Virus record (IMG/VR): IMGVR_UViG_3300048576_000126
Span: 1 to 44,255 of that record
Length of the DNA stretch: 44,255 nt
Source of the DNA: a virus
Taxonomy: Duplodnaviria; Caudoviricetes
Reading direction: 5' to 3' (one strand)
Shown here: positions 7,607-15,309 of the stretch, piece after piece
Layout of the letters: each line of letters starts with the position of its first letter
Numbering within the stretch: the stretch's first letter is position 1
The notes under the pieces: model-generated
The model's database searches: none
Told to the model about the DNA's origin: nothing
The model's input: the letters and a program-made list of their open reading frames with translations, nothing else
Position numbers and translations under genes: made by a program

Positions 7607-7732
7607 TTACTCCCACTCTTTTCCCGTCTCGCCCTCGAATTTATCAATCGCTTCTTCAAGCGTTATCGATCCGTATTCGACATCGCGGGAAAGTGATTCA
7701 TGCAGACGTGTTTCGCGTTCTGTGTACGTCAT
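7607..7732 (-). CDS. Small acidic hypothetical protein (41 aa)
   Basis: MTYTERETRLHESL...; AGGAGG RBS; ATGA overlap. Confidence 0.6.
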   Translation of the reverse strand: MTYTERETRLHESLSRDVEYGSITLEEAIDKFEGETGKEWE

Positions 7733-7899
7733 TTGCGATCCTCCTTTTTCTTTTCGTCCCATTCCCACTCGTCGCACGATTCACCGGGAACAGTCTTGAT
7801 GTCTTTGTTCGGAGATGTACTTGATACGCACCTGTCATCGAACATCCATCTCATGCAATTTGCGCAACATTGGAGATCTGATATTTTGTAGTTATTCAT
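7729..7899 (-). CDS. Small Cys-rich hypothetical protein (56 aa)
   Basis: MNNYKISDLQCCANC...C...CDEWE; GGAGG RBS. Confidence 0.65.
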   Translation of the reverse strand: MNNYKISDLQCCANCMRWMFDDRCVSSTSPNKDIKTVPGESCDEWEWDEKKKEDRK

Positions 7900-7916
7900 T
7901 GTCCCTCCGTTTGATG

Positions 7917-8025
7917 TGGATCGGGCAGGATTCGAACCTGCAATTAAAAAAGGCTCCTCGGTACGGCTTGCGCACGCCCCTTTTTCTCAGTACCTCGACG
8001 CGTCTACCAATTCCGCCACCGATCC
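7917..8025 (-). tRNA. Atypical tRNA-like RNA (Leu/Ser-type D arm, no canonical anticodon arm)
   Basis: Acceptor stem GGATCGG/CCGATCC plus discriminator A; D arm TGGCGGAATTGGTAGACGC; T arm GCAGGTTCGAATCCTGC; 58-nt middle region; CCA not encoded. Confidence 0.7.
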
Positions 8026-8056
8026 GTTGTGCCGGTGAGCACCGGCGAGCGCTTTA

Positions 8057-8488
8057 TCAATTTATTGATATAGACTGTTTCCCTTCGGAAAAAATCTTAT
8101 CAACGATATCTTTCGCCGCGCCTCCGAGTTTTGCCTTTTCCTTGCTTTTCGTCCAGCTCGGCACGTATTCATATTTACCGAATTCAAGAGCGTTGAACCC
8201 TGCTTCGGTAATGATCTGGTCGGCGTCGTCAACAGCTACTTCCATCTTTCCCTTCTTGAGAGTAAGCATGTGTTCTGCTCCGTCCGCAGCGATAAAGGGA
8301 AGTTTCGACGCTCCGTCTTTCTGCATCCGGTCAATCAGACGACCCTCAATCAGTTTTCGTTTTTCGGCGAGGTCGCCAGCGATGGTTTTCAAAACGGATA
8401 TTGAAGCGGCGATAATCTCGTCAGGGAAATTGTCAGGGTTCTGGACGATATCATCCAGGGTGATTCCAGAAAGTACCTGAAGTTCCAT
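8057..8488 (-). CDS. Hypothetical protein, recombination module
   Basis: 143-aa ORF coupled (TAATG) to the AAA ATPase gene; GGAGG RBS. Confidence 0.75.
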   Translation of the reverse strand: MELQVLSGITLDDIVQNPDNFPDEIIAASISVLKTIAGDLAEKRKLIEGRLIDRMQKDGASKLPFIAADGAEHMLTLKKGKMEVAVDDADQIITEAGFNALEFGKYEYVPSWTKSKEKAKLGGAAKDIVDKIFSEGKQSISIN

Positions 8489-9363
8489 TATGCGGCCTCC
8501 GTTAGTTTTGAGAGCTTGTCAGAAATGAGCTTTTCGGCCTCTTTCTGTTCTTCGGGCGTCCATTCGCGGTTTGCCATGTTCGTCTTTATATCGTCAATAG
8601 CTTCAACGGTAGCCGCCGCGGTGATCGCCTTTTTGAGACCTTCGAAATTGCCCTTCTGTTTTGGCTTGGGCTTCGGTTCTGCTCCGGTGCTTAGCCACGA
8701 AACGAGATCCTTCCCGAACTGTATGCCGGGTTTGGTTATGACCTGATCCTGATACTTACCGGTACGATCTTTGATGACTTCGGCAAGATGATCAGTGTTG
8801 AGTTCGAGGAGAAGGTCAAATTCGTATTCGATCCCCTTTCCCTGCTCGGGAGCCATGCCGATACGCTTCGGAGCTTTTTTCCCGTCTCCGGAATCCGTGG
8901 TCTGCCACTCTGTTTTAGACCGCATCGTCGCGATAATATGGCCGTTAAATGAAAGTATCGCATCGATGAAACGCTTCTGTTTCGGCGTACCTTGCGACCA
9001 TGCCGACCACGAATTCCCTTTGAATTTCGTCGCGGCGAGCTTGTCTACTTCTTCAAGAAGTTCCTGCCATGCGTGAGACATGGAGTCTATAATCAGAACC
9101 CCATACCCTTCTTCCTGTGCGGCGCTTATTGCGGCGACATATTCGTCGATCCCTTTTTTCTCAAGATCAACGACATCGAACGAAAACCGATCGGCGTACT
9201 TTGACGCAGACCCTCGCTCTGAATCTATCAGGGCTATTTTCGTGTTCGCCGCCTCGGCCATGCCCGTGGCAATCGCCAGCGCTGAAAAGGTCTTCCCGGC
9301 TCCGGACGGCCCGAAAAATGCCGCTCTCAGTTTTGCCTTGCTTTTCTCCGCTTTCTGGAACAT
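8488..9363 (-). CDS. AAA ATPase, Sak4-like phage recombinase
   Basis: Walker A GPSGAGKT, IDSERGS, Walker B VLIIDS, GIEYEFD, KDRT. Confidence 0.88.
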   Translation of the reverse strand: MFQKAEKSKAKLRAAFFGPSGAGKTFSALAIATGMAEAANTKIALIDSERGSASKYADRFSFDVVDLEKKGIDEYVAAISAAQEEGYGVLIIDSMSHAWQELLEEVDKLAATKFKGNSWSAWSQGTPKQKRFIDAILSFNGHIIATMRSKTEWQTTDSGDGKKAPKRIGMAPEQGKGIEYEFDLLLELNTDHLAEVIKDRTGKYQDQVITKPGIQFGKDLVSWLSTGAEPKPKPKQKGNFEGLKKAITAAATVEAIDDIKTNMANREWTPEEQKEAEKLISDKLSKLTEAA

Positions 9364-9385
9364 ATAACTCCTCCTTTTACCTTTG

Positions 9386-9739
9386 TTACATTGCCTGACG
9401 GTCGAGATATTTATCCGCCGCCGCGTCTCGTGCTGCCCGCTGTTTCACGTTTTCGAACTCTTCCCAGATTGCGTCCGTGAGCCCGTGCCGGAGCATAAGC
9501 TCGTCGGTAAATTCCGATGACATCGGAATCTCATGAGTCATTGTAAATGCTCGGCCTCCCTTGTCCCACGCCTCGCGCTGAGATATGAGGCTCACGGATA
9601 CAGCGTCGATCGTGTCCGGTTCAGCCGGATAACAGTCTTCTGGGCGTCCCGAGGTCTTCCCGGAGTGACCGGGCTCGATATCGGCGACAAATTTAAATGT
9701 GAGTGAATCAAATTCGATTGTTCCTGTTACGGGTATCAT
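9386..9739 (-). CDS. Hypothetical phage protein
   Basis: GKTSGRPEDCYPAEP motif seen in small phage early proteins; GGAGG RBS. Confidence 0.7.
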   Translation of the reverse strand: MIPVTGTIEFDSLTFKFVADIEPGHSGKTSGRPEDCYPAEPDTIDAVSVSLISQREAWDKGGRAFTMTHEIPMSSEFTDELMLRHGLTDAIWEEFENVKQRAARDAAADKYLDRQAM

Positions 9740-10350
9740 GCGAGCCTCCTTTGATTTCCGATAAGCCCCGCGATCTGCGCCGTCGCTTCGACTGATTCGT
9801 CTTTACATTCGCGATATCCTCCGGATTCGTTTTCTACCATGCGATAAATTGCGAGGTCTTCTGCGAGCATCGTCTTCGCCAATTCCTTGCGATCATACTC
9901 GGATTTTTTCTTCTCTTTAAGTCCGAGAAGGTCTTTCATTGACATCGTAATCTGGATAAAATGCCCCGGTTTGTTACATCCATGAATTTTAAGAATTTCG
10001 GTAAAATGGTTTCTTATACCTGCCGATTTCTTTCTCATGAAATAACCGGACTTGGCTTTTTTCTCCATCGCTATGAAATAGCGCCGAGCTTCTTTGCCCT
10101 GCTTGTTGTCCTCTACCATTGTAAGCTGTTTCGCCATGTCGATTGACAAAAAATACTCTATCGATGGGCGTCCTCCGGTACTTTTCCCCTGAATAGTGGT
10201 AAAGTCTTCTCCTTCGATAAATCCGTATTTTTCAACTCTCGCCTTAATCCAATCAGAGAAGTCCTTTTTTGCCTCTAGAAAAGAGTGCAGATCTCGCGCG
10301 CTAATTGTCGGGATTCCGTCTTTTTCTACGATAGGAATCAATTCTTTCAT
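9736..10350 (-). CDS. AntA/AntB-family antirepressor
   Basis: ISARDLHSFLEAKKDFSDWIKARVEKYGFIEGEDF...GGRPSIEYFLSIDMAKQLTMVE..KQGKEARRYFI. Confidence 0.92.
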   Translation of the reverse strand: MKELIPIVEKDGIPTISARDLHSFLEAKKDFSDWIKARVEKYGFIEGEDFTTIQGKSTGGRPSIEYFLSIDMAKQLTMVEDNKQGKEARRYFIAMEKKAKSGYFMRKKSAGIRNHFTEILKIHGCNKPGHFIQITMSMKDLLGLKEKKKSEYDRKELAKTMLAEDLAIYRMVENESGGYRECKDESVEATAQIAGLIGNQRRLA

Positions 10351-10517
10351 GATGCCCTCTTTGCGGCCTTACGATCTGCCGCCTCTTTACGCTTCAGCTC
10401 GGCCACAACGAAATCGACCGCCTCTCCGAGCGAAGAAAGATCCATTTTTACCCGTTTGAACCCGAGGTATTTCTTCGTCTCTTTGAGGATGTCGAATGTT
10501 GATTTTACCTTTTCCAC
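10347..10517 (-). CDS. Small basic protein in the Cro position (56 aa)
   Basis: GTG start with AAGGAGG RBS; VEKVKSTFDILKETKKYL...; divergent from repressor 3. Confidence 0.65.
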   Translation of the reverse strand: MEKVKSTFDILKETKKYLGFKRVKMDLSSLGEAVDFVVAELKRKEAADRKAAKRAS

Positions 10518-10527
10518 GATATCCTCC

Positions 10528-10656
10528 TTTTAAATTTTTAAAATAATCAATCAATAATAGGATATTATTTTAATATATTGAAAAAGTCAACGGTTTTTCT
10601 GTAAAATTTTAAAAAAATATTCTTGTATTATGTCGTTATTTTAATATTTTGTAATT
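10528..10656. promoter_or_regulatory. Divergent promoter/operator region 3
   Basis: Very AT-rich; minus-strand TTGACT-17-TAATAT; TTATTTTAATAT repeated at 10565 and 10636. Confidence 0.65.
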
Positions 10657-10998
10657 ATGGAAAGACACGACGGGCGAAAAGCCAAAAATCTTATGAAAGA
10701 AGCGGGAATCACCCCGAAAATGTACGCTGAGAAATTCGGCGTATCGGAGGGAACTGTTTATAATCAATGGAAACAGCAGTACCTTGATGGAGAGTTTTTG
10801 CACAATCTTTGCTCGGAAATAAACATTTCGGAGGCTGACTTTTTCTCGGACGGAAAAACGGCAGGAATCCACCCCACCCTCCGCCCGATCGTTGACGATC
10901 TCAATGCAATCATGGAGCTCCCCGTACACGAGAGAGAGCAATATCTAGAGAGTATCGCGGTTCTCGTATCGGGAATACGTCGGAGACTGGAGCGGTGA
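10657..10998 (+). CDS. CI-like HTH repressor 3
   Basis: LMKEAGITPKMYAEKFGVSEGTVYNQW...LCSEINISEADFF Xre-type HTH. Confidence 0.8.
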   Translation: MERHDGRKAKNLMKEAGITPKMYAEKFGVSEGTVYNQWKQQYLDGEFLHNLCSEINISEADFFSDGKTAGIHPTLRPIVDDLNAIMELPVHEREQYLESIAVLVSGIRRRLER

Positions 10999-11682
10999 TT
11001 ATATCCTACCCTCTCGTCTGAATCGATCCATTTTTTCCATGACGTCATAAGGGAAGCCCCGAGGCAGATTTTTCCAGGTGAACACCTGTTCCGGATCGTC
11101 GTGGTAATAGGCGGTGAGGTTCGATAAAAATACCCACCCCTCATCAGAAAATAAGACCTCCCCTGTTGGGCTTACAGAAGGATCAATAAAAGAAGGATGG
11201 ATAAAAGAAGAGTCTTTGATTGCGGAATTTTCCGCAGATCCTGTGCGGTTTTTTCCGCAGTCCCTCTGCGGATTTCCCGGCACTTCACATTTGTTGAGTG
11301 CGGTTTTTTCCGCAGTTAGAAGCCGCTCGATCTTCTCCTGATCAAAAGAGAAATAAACATAAACGCCTCTCCGGGTGAGCTTGAGGCCGTTGAGCATATA
11401 TTCATCGACGCCGCGGATAACGTCTTTCATGACTAGCCCGACCTTTTCCCATTTTCGCATGATGTCGGCAACATGCTTCGGCGTCTTGATACCTATCACC
11501 GGCATCTCGGAACAAATGGTGTCGTACTTGAACCAGAACCATACGCGGTTTTCTTTCACGCGCTGGCACATCTTCCCGGTGGAATAAAAATCAACGATGT
11601 ATCTGAGGATGAGCGCATCGGTGTGATCAAGCCCGAGCCGGATCAGCTCGTCTTGTTGAAAACCGCAAATCGTATATTTCAT
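10999..11682 (-). CDS. Second replication initiator (Rep, winged-helix, plasmid-state replicon)
   Basis: MKYTICGFQQDELIRLGLDHTDALILRYIVDF...WFWFKYDTICSEMPVIGIK N-terminus typical of phage/plasmid Rep proteins; contains iterons; adjacent to the par genes. Confidence 0.78.
   Translation of the reverse strand: MKYTICGFQQDELIRLGLDHTDALILRYIVDFYSTGKMCQRVKENRVWFWFKYDTICSEMPVIGIKTPKHVADIMRKWEKVGLVMKDVIRGVDEYMLNGLKLTRRGVYVYFSFDQEKIERLLTAEKTALNKCEVPGNPQRDCGKNRTGSAENSAIKDSSFIHPSFIDPSVSPTGEVLFSDEGWVFLSNLTAYYHDDPEQVFTWKNLPRGFPYDVMEKMDRFRREGRI
11221..11315. repeat. Four 17-bp palindromic iterons inside rep (putative origin)
   Basis: TGCGGAATTTTCCGCAG (11221), TGCGGTTTTTTCCGCAG (11244), TGCGGATTTCCCGGCAC (11267), TGCGGTTTTTTCCGCAG (11299); spacing 23/23/32. 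Confidence 0.8.
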
Positions 11683-11705
11683 GACGCACCCCGATAGAAA
11701 AAATC

Positions 11706-11810
11706 TTGACAATACGGTCCCTATCAGAGTATGTTCACGGCATACCTGATTCGGGTATAAAGCTAATCGAAATTTTTGAAACCCTGGAACTGCAATTCCG
11801 GGGTTTCGCG
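11706..11810 (+). ncRNA. Putative antisense countertranscript to the rep leader, with its promoter
   Basis: TTGACA (11706) -18- TATGTT (11730), then hairpins at 11742-11758 and 11778-11807, in the copG-rep intergenic gap. Confidence 0.45.
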
Positions 11811-11812
11811 TC

Positions 11813-11992
11813 TCAGCCGTTACTCTTTTCGGATAACAGCCCGTCTTCCCTCATCGTTCTGATAACGCGCTTCATGATCACTTCCGAAACATTCGGGCGC
11901 GATTTGCATTCCTCACGCGCAATCTTTTCAGCTTCTCGCGCGAGGATCGCATCGATGTTCTCCGGTAAAGAAATTGTTCTTGTTGCCGTCAT
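11813..11992 (-). CDS. CopG-like ribbon-helix-helix regulator (59 aa)
   Basis: MTATRTISLPENIDAILAREAE...NVSEVI; GGAGG RBS; directly upstream of rep; not in the ORF track. Confidence 0.75.
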   Translation of the reverse strand: MTATRTISLPENIDAILAREAEKIAREECKSRPNVSEVIMKRVIRTMREDGLLSEKSNG

Positions 11993-12025
11993 GATGCAAC
12001 CCTCCGAATTTGTTAATAACCGGTA

Positions 12026-12056
12026 ACAATAATTAATGTTTATTAATAATTGTCAA
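12026..12056 (-). promoter_or_regulatory. copG-rep promoter with overlapping inverted-repeat operator
   Basis: Minus-strand TTGACA at 12051-12056; ACAATAATTAAT (12026-12037) and ATTAATAATTGT (12042-12053) form an 11/12 inverted repeat. Confidence 0.65.
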
Positions 12057-12085
12057 GTAATAATATGTCTCATTCCATGAAACAG

Positions 12086-12103
12086 AAAAGCCCCTTTCGG
12101 GGC
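12086..12103 (-). terminator. Terminator of the par operon
   Basis: Minus strand GCCCC-GAAA-GGGGC-TTTT, just after the stop at 12109. Confidence 0.8.
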
Positions 12104-12108
12104 GTATC

Positions 12109-12864
12109 TCATTTGCCTGTCAGGCGGTTGTATTCCGCGAGGATCCGCGGTTTCATCCGGTCTATCTCCGCGGACAGAACGTTTTTCACCGCGTCCTTAT
12201 ATTTCCGGTTCACGCGGAGGATCACATCCGTCGGGCTTCCGTCGCCGATAACCAAAACCTTGACTTCTTCTTTTGCTTCTTCGATGACCGCTTCTTTTTT
12301 CACGCGGTTTTTCTCTTTCTCGCGCTCGAAGAAATTCTCGATGAGCGATTTCGTCTCAGAGTCATCGAGCTTTTTTTCGATCACCGTCTTTATGAGCTGT
12401 TCGCGCTTCTTGTCGTCGCGCACCTGAGACACGGCGATTGCTTTTTTTACCGTCATTTTCTCAAAATAATCGATCGGGACGGCTTCCGCTATTTTAATGT
12501 ACTGGTATAGTGTCGCCCGGCCGAACGGCAGCACGTCGGCGTTTTGCTCAAACAGTTCATTCAAAGAGGCATATGACGATTCTCCGGCGGAGATGCGGCG
12601 TTTCTCTTCGATAAAGCCGTGACCTATGAGGAGTCCGCCGACTTCCCGCTGTACGTGCATCGCTGAATAATGATTGATGCGTTCTTCCTGCGTCCCGGTG
12701 TCCATGACTTCGCGGTGATGATCAATTGCCTGTCGTATTGATTCGCGAGTCACGCGGTCATTTTCGACGACTCTCTTTTTCCGAGCGGTGAGAAGGCGAT
12801 CTTCATGCGAAATTTCCGGGAGGTTTTCGTCTACTTCGTCGCGCTGTTTGACTTTAAAAGCCAT
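12109..12864 (-). CDS. ParB-position partition partner (non-canonical, HTH-containing)
   Basis: Overlaps the parA 3' end; LPFGRATLYQYIKIAE HTH-like segment; no ParB CTPase GxxR motif visible. Confidence 0.6.
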   Translation of the reverse strand: MAFKVKQRDEVDENLPEISHEDRLLTARKKRVVENDRVTRESIRQAIDHHREVMDTGTQEERINHYSAMHVQREVGGLLIGHGFIEEKRRISAGESSYASLNELFEQNADVLPFGRATLYQYIKIAEAVPIDYFEKMTVKKAIAVSQVRDDKKREQLIKTVIEKKLDDSETKSLIENFFEREKEKNRVKKEAVIEEAKEEVKVLVIGDGSPTDVILRVNRKYKDAVKNVLSAEIDRMKPRILAEYNRLTGK

Positions 12865-13562
12865 GTAACCACATCCTTATATTTACGATATACGTTCGTT
12901 CTCTTAATCACGCGCTCCGACTGGTCTCGGGTGATGCTCTTCTTGTACGGTATCGCCGGCAAAAAAGCAATGTTTTTATGTGCCGCCTTGATCGCTTTTA
13001 TCGCGTCGCGCTCGTAGAGAGAGTACCACGTCACGCCCGACGGGAGGATATACGGAACGCACTTCGCGTCCGGACGTAGCTTCTTCAGGTCGTGAATTTC
13101 GTCCATCACGTCAACTGTTCCGTCCGCGCTGTCCCGCGTCGGCATCGCCGGAATGATCACCGTGTCCGCGGCGTATGCGGCGTTTTTGATGATATTCCCG
13201 ATCGCATGGGGGGTATCGATCAAAACAAAATCATAGGGTAGGGGATCAACCGCCGATTTTATCACGGCGTAAATATCCACCTCTTTGTAAAATAGGTCGT
13301 CGAACTTCGCAATCTTCTTCGTTCCGGGAATAATTGCGAATCTGTCCGATACCTTCACAATTGCTTTTTTGTTCCCGTTGAGGAAATCAATGATATTGAG
13401 CTTAGGCAATTTTTCCAGATAGAAATTCGTCGCGTTGTGCGACGTGTCCAAGTCGATCAGGAGAACGGAATATCCGCGCGACACGAGATTATCTGCGATG
13501 TGTTCCGTAGCGGTAGTTTTTGTCGTGCCGCCTTTGTGATTTATAATTGCCCAAACCGCCAT
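12831..13562 (-). CDS. parA: ParA family partition ATPase
   Basis: NHKGGTTKTT deviant Walker A, VLLIDLD, YDFVLIDTP; GGAGG RBS before MAVWAIIN. Confidence 0.92.
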   Translation of the reverse strand: MAVWAIINHKGGTTKTTATEHIADNLVSRGYSVLLIDLDTSHNATNFYLEKLPKLNIIDFLNGNKKAIVKVSDRFAIIPGTKKIAKFDDLFYKEVDIYAVIKSAVDPLPYDFVLIDTPHAIGNIIKNAAYAADTVIIPAMPTRDSADGTVDVMDEIHDLKKLRPDAKCVPYILPSGVTWYSLYERDAIKAIKAAHKNIAFLPAIPYKKSITRDQSERVIKRTNVYRKYKDVVTWLLKSNSATK

Positions 13563-13806
13563 TGATCCTCCGATAATCAATATTGTTATGAGATCAGCCG
13601 GTCAGCGGTCAAGGATTTTTCCATCTCTTGAAAGTACTACACAAAGGATGGGGTTTTCCACGCGTTGGAAAGACTAAAATAATGTGTAGTGTTTTAATTT
13701 TATCACTGCCGATAAGATAGGTTATGTCCCATAAAAAAAGAAGGGCACATAAGGTTGTCAATAATATCAATAAGGTTTACAATATATTTTTTGAAAGTTG
13801 ACAATG

Positions 13807-13841
13807 AAAAAGGCCGCCCCGTGTGGAATACGAGAGCGGCC
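13807..13841 (-). terminator. Terminator closing the late operon
   Basis: Minus strand GGCCGCTCTCGT...ACGGGGCGGCC-TTTTT downstream of the lipase gene. Confidence 0.75.
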
Positions 13842-13877
13842 GAGGAACGAAATATGTCTACCCCTATTATCGTCGTG

Positions 13878-14621
13878 TCATGCTATTTTATTGAGCCCCG
13901 ATCGATACGACGACGGATAATGCGCGTCCGTGTCGCCGATGCATTTGAAAAAGATAGACTTCCACCAGTGATCGACACGATTTCCGGATAGTTCGAAGCG
14001 CGGGATCTGTGCGTATCCTGCCCATTCGGGCGGTACGACGGTCACGGGATCCACGCTCTTATCGATGCTGTTCTGATAGTCCACGGCATCCGGCACGAGG
14101 CGCGCGAGGTTGTCGCGGAAAACCTTGTTGCCAGGAATCGGAGAACCGAACGTCCGGCGGATCACCTTCAGATCGGGAAACATCTCGGCGATGTACCGTG
14201 ATGCGATGCAAGAGAGCGCGCCACCGAGACTGTGGCCGGTGATCACGAGCGTGTCAATGTCGCCGATCTGTGCCGTGATCGCTGCGAGGATGCCGTTATC
14301 AGCGATACCCCACTGATCACGGAAACCGGCGTGGATCTCTTCCTCGGCACCGTTCGGGAGCTTCTTCACGCGATGCCGGAAATACAGATCATAGAGCCAG
14401 TCAACGAACCCGTCCGTTCCCTCGAACACGAGATAGAGCGTCTTGCCGTCACGAGCGAAAAATCCTTCGACTCGCGTTTTGAGGACAAGAAGTTTTCGCT
14501 TGGTGTAGGAAAATGCCGTTCGCGGTCCGGTGAGCCACGACAGATCGGGCTTGCCGTATTCTCCGCCATACGCATCCGCACAGAGATCCAGGCAGCGGAG
14601 GGAAAATTCCTTCTCGATCAT
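13878..14621 (-). CDS. Class 3 lipase (alpha/beta hydrolase)
   Basis: LYLVFEGT..FVDW..D, IHAGF, nucleophile elbow ITGHSLGGA, TFGSP, DPVTVVP, late His. Confidence 0.93.
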   Translation of the reverse strand: MIEKEFSLRCLDLCADAYGGEYGKPDLSWLTGPRTAFSYTKRKLLVLKTRVEGFFARDGKTLYLVFEGTDGFVDWLYDLYFRHRVKKLPNGAEEEIHAGFRDQWGIADNGILAAITAQIGDIDTLVITGHSLGGALSCIASRYIAEMFPDLKVIRRTFGSPIPGNKVFRDNLARLVPDAVDYQNSIDKSVDPVTVVPPEWAGYAQIPRFELSGNRVDHWWKSIFFKCIGDTDAHYPSSYRSGLNKIA

Positions 14622-14728
14622 TTCGCCTCCGGTTTTTTGCTGATCTTGCCTTTGATGTACGTGTACGCCTTCTTTACCACGGCGAGAGCGGCCGGTGCGT
14701 ACTGAATGAGTTTGAGAAATTTATTCAT
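14618..14728 (-). CDS. Cationic amphipathic peptide (36 aa)
   Basis: MNKFLKLIQYAPAALAVVKKAYTYIKGKISKKPEAK; GAGG RBS; ATGA overlap with the lipase start. Confidence 0.7.
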   Translation of the reverse strand: MNKFLKLIQYAPAALAVVKKAYTYIKGKISKKPEAK

Positions 14729-14741
14729 CTTGTTTTACCTC

Positions 14742-15179
14742 TCATATGGTTAAAAGAAATCCGGGATCGATGATCTTCCACGCGGAGTCCCACGCCTGAA
14801 GGTGCACATGAGGTCCGAACGAATATCCGACATCGCCGTACTCCCCGACGACCTGCCCTTTCGCGATTCTGTCGCCGATCTTGACCGTGTTTGTCGCGGT
14901 GTGATAGAGCGACCAGTATACCGTCTTTCCGGTGATCACGGATCGGACTACGAAACGGTTGCCTACGGTGTTATGCGCCTTGAGATCCCAACGGAGTGCG
15001 GGATTGTAATCGTCTTTGTCGTCGATGACGACTCCATCGCATACGGCGATGAGCGTTTTGTCCTTGTGGCCGACATTAACGATATCAATGCCGGAGTGTA
15101 CGTCCTGATATCCATTCGGGAGTGTGCGTTTTGCGCCGAACGGGCTTGTGATTTTATACGGTGCTTTTACCGGATACAT
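14742..15179 (-). CDS. M23 family peptidase, putative endolysin
   Basis: ITSPFG.R, HSGID (HxxxD), GYSFGPHVH (HxH). Confidence 0.9.
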   Translation of the reverse strand: MYPVKAPYKITSPFGAKRTLPNGYQDVHSGIDIVNVGHKDKTLIAVCDGVVIDDKDDYNPALRWDLKAHNTVGNRFVVRSVITGKTVYWSLYHTATNTVKIGDRIAKGQVVGEYGDVGYSFGPHVHLQAWDSAWKIIDPGFLLTI

Positions 15180-15309
15180 GGTTGAGCGCCTCCTTGACGC
15201 TTATTTCTTTCCTCTCCGCAAACTCTTCCTGCTTGCCTTTGTTCCACTGCTGTACGGGTCGGAAGTAACCGACGACGCGGGAATATGTTTCAACGGGCAT
15301 TTTCTTCAT
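15154..15309 (-). CDS. Stand-alone NrdD C-terminal glycyl-radical-loop peptide (51 aa)
   Basis: MKKMPVETYSRVVGYFRPVQQWNKGKQEEFAERK matches the class III RNR C-terminal YSRVVGY.RP...WNKGKQ.EF..R motif; AGGAG RBS; ATGA overlap with the upstream gene. Confidence 0.85.
   Translation of the reverse strand: MKKMPVETYSRVVGYFRPVQQWNKGKQEEFAERKEISVKEALNHVSGKSTV

Noticed and set aside
7917-8025. attP site or tmRNA
   Set aside because: No integrase is adjacent and the element includes a full 5' half with D arm. It is far too short for tmRNA and lacks the tag reading frame.
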